From NCBI GenBank assembly GCA_012295275.1, contig CM022667.1:20336001-20400000 (forward strand): a stretch of DNA of 64,000 nt. Reading direction: 5' to 3'. A model generated the notes under the pieces. That model was not told the DNA's origin, did no database searches, and saw nothing but the letters and a program-made list of their open reading frames with translations. This document shows, in pieces, positions 54,846 to 64,000 of this stretch. The position numbers and the translations under genes were made by a program. Positions within the stretch are counted from its first letter, which is position 1; every line of letters begins with the position of its first letter. The stretch is from Chrysomallon squamiferum. Lineage: Eukaryota; Animalia; Mollusca.

Positions 54846-57800
54846 ATGTATGTATGTATGTATGTATGTATGTATGTATGTATGTATGTATGTATGTGTG
54901 TGAGTATGTATGTATGCATGCATGTATGTATGTTTGTATGTATTTGGTGATCGTCAGAAGTTAATTTTACATAATTTAATGAAAACAAATATACGAGCTA
55001 TTCATTAGCGTCGGGTAAATAAGAATGGTAATAAGCAAGACATTTGGTATCTGTTTCCGTCAAAGCCAGAGATTGCTGAAAACAGATACATTTTAAGGAG
55101 GCGTACCAAAATATTACAAATGAACACAGTCAATAAGTTATTAGCTTAATTCATCACAGCTTATAAAATAAGTATACATTATATTTGTGGATATATTCTC
55201 AAACATAATTTCATAACTCTGCACACATTCCTTTGGAAAACAGAAGCGTTGCAGGAATTCAGTTTCACTATAGACGTCAAATGGATAAAACTGTATGCTA
55301 CAAAACATTCGGTTAATTTTCTTGCCGAATTTCAGTGCCATCAATACCACTGTCAGACATATTTCCAAGGATCGACATCATAAATAACTGGTGTTATTTA
55401 AAAACGTAAACATTCTAGACCAAAATACACACTCACCATTTGAACTGGCTAGCTCATTAACCCACAGCAATTCAATACACACTCACCATTTGAACTGGCT
55501 AGCTCATTAACCCACAGCAGTTCAATACACACTCACCATTTGAACTGGCTAGCTCATTAACCCCGAACAATTCAATACACACTCACCATTTGAACTGGCT
55601 AGCTCATTAACCCACAACAATTCAATACACACTCACCATTTGAACTGGCTAGCTCATTAACCCACAGCAGTTCAATACACACTCACCATTTGAACTGGCT
55701 AGCTCATTAACCCCGAACAATTCAATACACACTCACCATTTGAATTGGCTAGCTCATTAACCCACAGCAGTTCAATACACACTCACCATTTGAACTGGCT
55801 AGCTCATTAACCCACAACAATTCAATACACACTCACCATTTGAACTGGCTAGCTCATTAACCCACAGCAGTTCAATACACACTCACCATTTGAACTGGCT
55901 AGCTCATTAACCCACAACAGCAAATTCAATCACACACTCACCATTCCACAGCAATGAACACTCACCATTTGAATTGGCTAGCTCATTAACCCACAGCAAT
56001 TCAATACACACTCACCATTTGAACTGGCTAGCTCATTAACCGACAGCAATTCAATACACACTCACCATTTGAACTGGCTAGCTCATTAACCCACAGCAGT
56101 TCAATACACACTCACCATTTGAACTGGCTAGCTCATTAACCCACAGCAGTTCATCAGCCGTCTCCAGTTGCGCCAGGCGAGCGTTGTGGCCCAGACAAAC
56201 TCCCTACATAAACACAGACAGACAGACAGACATATATATATATATACCATTACTCGTATAAAATGGAATTAAACAGTTTAACATTTTTTTTTATTATTAA
56301 ATTGTTAGTAATAATATACCAATTCTTACCACTTATTATTGATTTTTATTTTCCATTGGAGTTACATCTATACGTATATGTGCGATAATTTAATTAATTA
56401 CACAGACCGTTCTTTTATTATATGTATATATATATATTAATCAAATACAGTGAAATTACACAATTAAACAACTTTTAATTAAATTCTTAGTACTAATATA
56501 CCAGATCTTACCAATTATTACTGATTTATTATTTTCCCTAGGAATTACAAGTGCATGTGCATTTTATTTATTTCTATCACGGTCTGATGAACCCTAATTA
56601 TCAAATGCAACTGTGAAAGGAAGATAGTATTTAAAATGCGTTTAAAATTTACCGCCGCTTCAGACCATGAAACGTAAGTTCGAAAATAAGCATAGCAGTG
56701 TCCTTTGAACTCCATCCAGTTCTCACGACATTCTGAAAGAGAAAATATCTAATCTACAACAGCCAGACCGAAATTGACGCTTTTATTTATTTATTTAGTT
56801 GTTTTTGTGTACAAAGGTTTTATTTAAAAACTATAAAATATTTTATCCCGATTGTAACGATAGCCACTTATGATAATAAAAAACTGATTATATTACGAGC
56901 GGAAAGATATCCAGTAAGAAATAGACGGTTGCCTGGAAGAAGATAACTCTAAATATAGCACTGAACATCTCTCACATAAGGGCTGTAACTCTAAATATAT
57001 CAGTGAACACCTCTCACACATAAGGGCAGTAACTCTAAATATACCAGTGAACATCTCTCACACAAGGGCAGTAACTCTAAATATATCAGTGAACATCTCA
57101 CACAAGGGCTATAACTCTAAATATACCAGTGAACATCTCTCACACAAGGGCGTTAACTCTAAATGTATCAGTGAACACCTCTCACATAAGGGCGGTAACT
57201 CTAAATATACCAGTGAACATCTCTCACACAGGGGCTTTAAATACATCAGTGTAGGGCTGTAACTCTAAATTTATCACACAAGGGCGTGAACATCTCTCAC
57301 ATAAGGGCGGTAACTCTAAATATATCAGTGAACATCTCTCACAAGGGCGGTAAGTCTAAATATAATCAGTGAACATCTCTCACAGAAGAAAAACAAACGA
57401 TACAGATTCCAGACGAGGACCGTTTATACGGGAAATGAAGAACAATCTGACATAGATGTAGACAATGAGGACAGACAACCTCAGCAGCCTGCTCAGCAAC
57501 CGATTCAGCCGCAATATCCTTCTTCAGTTATTTCCCAATTTTTTTATTATTTTTTATATTTTGTATTATATTTCTTAGCATTTTGTGTTTAGTGTGACCA
57601 CAATTTTTTGTAAGGCTTCAAGTGTGCCCCGACTTCAAAACGTTTGAGAACCACTGCAGTAGTGTAACATGTTTGTAGAAACGTAGGAAAACTTTAATGT
57701 ATACAGTGATTGACCTGGTGCTTCCCAAAACAGATTCAAACAACATATTATTAATTATCTGCCCTTTTTCTTTGGACTGTGCATGTAATAAATAAATAAC

Positions 57801-57871
57801 GAAACTCTGATACGCCTAAAGTCGGAAATTTGCAATAGGACATAAATAAAAATGAATACGTTCGTTTGGAC

Positions 57872-57919
<48 letters not shown>

Positions 57920-57939
57920 TTGTTATTATTATTATTGTT

Positions 57940-57983
<44 letters not shown>

Positions 57984-58379
57984 TTTGTTTGCATCTCAGA
58001 GATTTATTGCGATAAGTTAATTACTGGTTAGAGGGATATAAACGTTTTTGTTAAACTTGTATCTCACAACAATCTTAAAAGTTGTTTACCTTTCTTTGCT
58101 AACTGAGAAACTTGAGCTAACGTTTTTTGATCAATTTCGATTCTGATGGTAAAATTGTCTTGTTTTTTGTTTACCTCTGCAACTCGTGATTTGTAGTCTG
58201 AAAGCAAAGATAAGTGATCAAATAAACAGAAAACAAATAAATACATAAACGTTAAATGAACAAAATACAGAGTGAAAGTATTAATTCTCTCTCTCTTAAT
58301 GTCACATGCATACGTTTTCTGTAATAGTAATAATAATAATAATAATGATAATAATGATAATAATGATAATAATGATGAT

Positions 58380-58427
<48 letters not shown>

Positions 58428-59524
58428 CAACAATATAATAATCATCATCATCATCATCAACAACAACAACAAAAACATCAACTACATAGAGGTAATAATA
58501 TAATAATAATAATAATAATAATATAATAATAATATATCATAATAATAATAATAATAGTAATTATCAACAATATCATCATCATCATCATCAACAACAACAG
58601 CAACAAAAACAAGAACAGCATAGAGGTTTTACCTGCTATTTTACTGTCAGTGTTTCTCCAACTCGATATATATCCCTGGAGAGTGCTGATGTCAGTTTTC
58701 ACATTGTCTGTCAGGCTGGACATTTCATCTTGTGTGGCGTACAGAGACAAGTCTACTGTCTGGTACGTGTTGTCCTGTTTTGAGTAGCTGTGCACTGCTT
58801 CCTCGCTCGCAGCTGTTCATCGAATTAAACCATATTTGTTAAATGTGTATTAAAACACTGTTTTTGGTAAAATGCTTAAACCTACATACAGATCTAGAAG
58901 TGACATCTTTCTTTTGTGTGTGTATCTGTGACATTATATATATATACTTGTCTATTCTGTCGCATAAAAACAGAATCAATGGTTACTAGTTAGAAATATA
59001 ATCATAATATCTTACTCATGTAAAACATAAAATATTTGGTTAAATATGTGTTGTTTTTGGTGAAATGCAGACAACTAAATACAGATCTAGAAAACTAATC
59101 TGTCTTTTGTGTGTGTATGTATGCGTGTTCCTGTTTGTGTCTATTCGTCCTATAAAAACAAATGAGAATGTGAAATCAATGGTACTAGATAGAAATATGA
59201 TTATAATACATTACTTATATTTCCTTCTGCATTTCCAACAGCATTTTCCAAGTTGTCTAATCGAGTTTTAAGGGCTCTGATCTTTTCCCAGAGGTCAGCG
59301 TTAGGTATTTCAATCATCCCGACCTTTTCATTCACATCATTTGTTTCCATGCTTTCCATTGCTTCCTGGAGGTCACGGAGGTCCAAAGATGGTGCTCCTA
59401 AATCGTCCCCAAAAGAAAATGAATCTGATTCGCCTATCCCGTCAAAGAGCGAAGTCATCACGGGGACCGAGAACAACACAACAACGCAGACAACGTGAAC
59501 GCAGCTGGCTGGTTTTGGTGTCAT
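53910..59524 (-). CDS. Secreted protein with acidic N-terminus, coiled coil and atypical C-terminal C-type lectin-like domain
   Basis: Phase-consistent exons 59524-59215, 58812-58633, 58197-58090, 56732-56653, 56203-56116, 54784-54592 and 53913-53910 (G+TAA). Hydrophobic signal CVHVVCVVVLFSVPVMTS; heptad region LWEKIRALKTRLDNLENAV; CTLD CRENWMEFKGHCYAYFRTYVSWSEAAGVCLGHNARLAQLETADELLWV...DIWGCA...HWMWCDTG...FVCESW. Confidence 0.85.
55424..56153 (-). repeat. 50-bp tandem array (about 14 copies) made of the end of lectin exon 5 plus its splice donor
   Basis: On - the unit reads TGCTGTGGGTTAATGAGCTAGCCAGTTCAAATG|gtgagtgtgtattgaa(c/t); period 50 (55432, 55482...). Confidence 0.95.
56870..57656 (+). 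mobile_element. Non-autonomous hAT/Charlie-like element with 42-bp minisatellite (copy B, right end present) in lectin intron 3
   Basis: Shares flanks and minisatellite (56945-57383) with 16702-17810; ends gtgtgccccgacttcaaaacgtttgagaaccactg. Confidence 0.72.
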
Positions 59525-60431
59525 CGTGAATGTTTGTCGGTAGCTAGTAAAACAAAATCAGGGTTTGAGTTTATATACAACATCTGAGATGAAATCTAAA
59601 ATACGATCAGGCAACACGCGTTATTGAACTGGTTCGTGAGACGAAAGGAACATAATAACAGATCCACAAACAGTTATCAGAAGAAAGAAAACAAGAATAA
59701 AACAACAACAACAACAACGGCAACAGCAATGACCACAAAATTTAAAAAAAAAAAAGTAAAAAGTAAATAAATGAATAAATGTTAATTTTAAAAAAGAAAT
59801 AATAATAATAATAACGTATATCAATACATTTTTTATGTTTTACTTTTTTTTTTAAATTTTCACAAAATGACTAAAGAATATATTTAATTTCACCCATTCA
59901 TTCATATTTGAAAAATTTCTTTTAAGAATTCTGCTTGTTAACAGATCAGCGTCTGATTGAGACTGTTGTGTGGGAATTGCGTGCGTGTAAACAACACACG
60001 TATTATTTTTTTTTTTTACTTGTTAGATTATTAAATCTAAAAGTAAAATTCTTGAAAAATAAAATCCTTTATCAGTGTAAAAAATACAGCCATACATCGA
60101 GATATACCTCTTAGCTGACGTTATCAAAATTTGCACGCTTCAGTATGTACAAAAAGTCTTATCAGCAAATCCTGTGTCGTGTTGTTTGTCAGAATACACG
60201 ATACTTTAATTAGTTTTTTCTTCGCTTATTTTCTCTGAACTGTGAATTTGTATTATTTGTTTTGTGTTGCCGATATGTTATATATTTTCAAAATATGTTT
60301 AGCATAAATCCACGCTCAAAAATGTGAAAAGAATATTACTTATTAGAAATAATATCTCCAAGAAACACGTACACATGTACTAATTTAGATTCTCGAATGT
60401 GTATGTGTTTGTGCGTGCGTGTGCGTGCTTG

Positions 60432-60470
<39 letters not shown>

Positions 60471-60865
60471 CTATATCCGGAGACATGAAAATAAAAATCA
60501 TATGTATATAAATTTCAATCTCTCCCAAATTTCAGCTAGTTGTACTATGAAAACTTATTTACTAAGTGCTAAAAGCTTATACAAGCTGAGTATCAAATAT
60601 TTACTGCAGTTGAACTGTGTTTGCGCCTTTAATTCTACACAAAATGCTTAAAAGAGAACAATTATCGATCAGTATAAATTATAAAGGTGTTGTTGATCAA
60701 TTTTTACGTTGATATAAATGAAGTTTATGACAGGCTACTATTGTAAGTGAATTCTTTTTACGGTTCATATCTTCGCTATGCACAATGTTCATATTATTTA
60801 TTGTTTTTGTTTTTTTTAATCAAATACATTGGTTCAATTTAGCTAGTTATGTTCATTGAATACAT

Positions 60866-61072
<207 letters not shown>

Positions 61073-61106
61073 AATAAAAACATACAGTTGATGTCTGACT
61101 CAACAA

Positions 61107-61873
61107 CAGTAGTACCTCGACTTAGGAGTGCCCCAACTTACGAGTTTTTCGCCAGGTCTATTTCTTGTTTTGAATTGCGAGCCAAAATCCGAGTTACGAG
61201 CGAGCTTCAGGTACGCCGCCGCTGGTTGGCGCAATGAACAACACAACATCCGCCCAGCACCCCGCGTCTCACTCGTTTACTTCACGCTGTTACATTGTCG
61301 CGGAAGCATCTCTGTTGTGTAGTGCTCACGTTTAGTGCAGTATTTTGCCTAAAAAAGTGAGTGCAAAGGCCAGAGCTCAGATGAAGCAGATGATGTCCAT
61401 TGAATTAAAGTTGAATGCATAGAAAAACATAAGCGAGGTGTGCATGTAGTTGACTTGGCTAGGCAGTACGAGGGTAGTACTTGTACGATTTGTACCATAC
61501 TGAAGCTGAGGGAGTCGATAAAGACGATAACTCCAACCAAAGGCGTTAAAATAATTTGTCTGATCTCCAAAATAAATACACTTTATACCAGTTTATTTCT
61601 TTGCATTCTCTTTTATTTTGTTTTTGAACAATATTTGTCATTTATAAATACATTTTTCTTATTTAAAAACACAATTAAAAATTTAAAAAAAAAAAAATAA
61701 TAATTAAAAATAATAAAAAATAAAAAAGTAAATGGGGGTAGTTTTTTGGGGGCTGGAACGGATTAATGGTATTTCAGTTAATTTGAGTTTGGAAAATTGA
61801 TTTGATATACGAGAAAATTGAGTTACGAGCTCAGTCACGGAACGAATTAAACTCGTAAGTCAAGGTACTTCTA
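61107..61873 (+). mobile_element. Internally deleted Tigger/pogo (Tc1-mariner) DNA transposon with N-terminal transposase HTH remnant
   Basis: Terminal inverted repeats CAGTAGTACCTCGACTTA and TAAGTCAAGGTACTTCTA. Remnant IEKHKRGVHVVDLARQYEGSTCTICTILKLRESIK at ~61380-61570 resembles the CENP-B/Tigger N-terminal HTH; no DDE domain. Confidence 0.85.
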
Positions 61874-62614
61874 AAATATATTATTAAACAAAAACCCCAC
61901 AGATTTATGTACTCTCAACGAAATTAAATAATGTGAAAAAAATCTATTTTGTACCTCTAATTTTTACAAATACTAAAATTTTAAATTACAGTTAACTCAA
62001 AAGTTAATTAGATAGTAAAATTCATTTAAAATTCAAGTCAACTGAACTCCACAGAATTTAAAAATAATTTTAATTTTAATTAATTATTTTCAAATGCAGG
62101 TTTGGGTGCAATGCATCGCTTTCAGCGGGTTAAAAAGGTTAATTCAAGTTATCACCTGACTCACCGACCTCGTTTTCAAACTTAATACTCAGCTAGTGTA
62201 GCTTTGTTTGTCTTATCGACTTCTCATAAATATTTCTACAGTGGCTGTAATTAATGTCATTGCCATATGTCGCTACTTTCAGTATAAATTATGTAAATAA
62301 TTACCCTCACGTTATGTCGCACACCCAGTTAAATGGCTGACAAGTTAATTAACTGTTACTTTAGAACTCAGTTAATTACACTGAGAAAATACATAACTTT
62401 ACATCTGAGTAAGAAATTGGGTCAAAAATGCGCATTTCGCCTCTGCATGTAACTGATTTTATGGAGGATATTTTAATTTTTTGAATTTTTGTTCACTATT
62501 GGAAATTCTCTGCCAAAGTTTTGCGGTTCTCGAAACAATCAATGCCGCAGGTTTCTGATATTTGTGATATAAGCTAAGTCAATACGACATGAAATGTCAT
62601 CATGAAGAATATCA

Positions 62615-62813
62615 TCATACATGCACAGAAACATACACACACACTCACGCATACACACACACAAACACACGCAACTGACTTACACTCAAGCATAAACACC
62701 CACACACTCATGCACAAACACACCCACACACACCCACACACACGCCCACACCCACACACACACACACACTGGCTCCGAGGTTTGGCATATATATATGTAC
62801 ACACACACACATA

Positions 62814-62880
<67 letters not shown>

Positions 62881-62925
62881 CACAAACATACATACATACA
62901 TATACATACATACATATACATACAA

Positions 62926-62956
<31 letters not shown>
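62615..62956. repeat. Degenerate (CA)n/(TA)n/(CATA)n microsatellite cluster
   Basis: Directly visible; source of several low-complexity spurious ORFs. Confidence 0.9.
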
Positions 62957-63402
62957 GCAAGTTTAAACCGAAATTAGCAAATATATTTTAAACAAAACAA
63001 ATTTTCAATTACTGGTTTGGATATAAAAAACAATATGAAAAAAAAAAAAAAAAATAATAATAATGTTCTTGCAGTTGTATTCAGCTGAAGTTATATGTTC
63101 TATTTTCTTATTTTAGGGAACTAGGATGTAAAGACATTAGTAACTTGTAATGACACTAATTTGACTTTTGCTTCATGAAATCGTTATTTGTACCGCTGAC
63201 TTTAATCAGCGGAAGATTTGACACACAAACCTTGACACGTTTTACAGTTCACCACACAGCTGTCAACAATTAACACGTTACCGTCACACATTCAGTAAGT
63301 GCTGCAATAATCTATAAGATAAAATTTCACGATTGCTTTACTTAACCGTTAGTTACGACTATAGCCAACTGTATACAAAAAAATTATAGTGTTTATTTCT
63401 TT

Positions 63403-63472
<70 letters not shown>

Positions 63473-64000
63473 TTGATGATGATGATTATGATGATGACGA
63501 TAATAATAATATAGGTCTGATTTTATCAGGTTATTTTATCACATCGACTGGAAAGAACAAAACGGGTCCTGTATTAATATGTGTTAGAGCTCTAGCTGGA
63601 ACGAGAAATAGTCATAACTTCAGCGATTACGAGAACTGAACATACGACTTACCAAACACAAGTATAAACATATTTATTTGCTGAAGGAGCAGTGGAGCTT
63701 TATTGAATATGAAACCGTTTTTCTTTTTCTTTTTTTTTTTTATCATTTTTGTCTTGTGTGAAGATTATTGAAGATCATCTTAGAAACTGTTAGCATAGGT
63801 GAATGTGACACAGAAGCAAAATGTTAGCGTGAAAGAAAAACAATAAGTAAAATTAAATTTTTTTTTCTGTTTGTTTTATCACATTTAAAAAAAACAAGAG
63901 GGAATCGACTACCAGCAAAGTAAACATTGTTATAATGTTTAACCGGTCGAAGACAGACGGCGACTTCATATTAAAACTACAATTTACATCAATCTGCCTT

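Larger units (their letters stand above)
40014..56400. repeat. Tandem segmental triplication (units 40014-45891, 45892-52183 and 52184-~56400) of the 3' half of the lectin gene
   Basis: Each unit begins gtattgttaacaaatgttataatacaa and repeats the same blocks (e.g. ORFs at 41019/47020/53372, exon-6 copies at ~42136/48216/54592), with substitutions and microsatellite length differences. Confidence 0.95.

Overview
AT-rich, microsatellite-laden, intron-containing animal DNA. A mollusc or other lophotrochozoan origin is inferred from gene content, not shown. Manual splice-phase reconstruction supports six gene models: (1) the 3' part of a BRD7/BRD9 gene (+, 347-3752); (2) a convergent RING/two-B-box/coiled-coil/SPRY-like TRIM gene (-, 6430-10216); (3) a 4-exon, 121-aa membrane-protein gene mostly missed by the ORF track, with an RFX X-box just upstream (-, 18114-19230); (4) PIGT (-, 23349-28971); (5) a TRAF7-like RING/zinc-finger/WD40 gene head-to-head with PIGT (+, 30541-39735); (6) a secreted coiled-coil protein with an atypical C-type lectin domain (-, 53910-59524). 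The 3' half of the lectin gene occurs three times in ~6-kb tandem units. The two extra units each carry a fold-back inversion of exon 4, a 111-bp satellite and a transposon-borne 42-bp minisatellite. The most unusual signal is tandem amplification of the splice junctions themselves: about 27 copies of an acceptor plus exon start in a TRAF7-like intron, and up to about 14 copies of an exon end plus donor in the lectin gene. Several hAT-type MITEs and a Tigger-like element are also present. Exon coordinates were read by hand and copy numbers are approximate.
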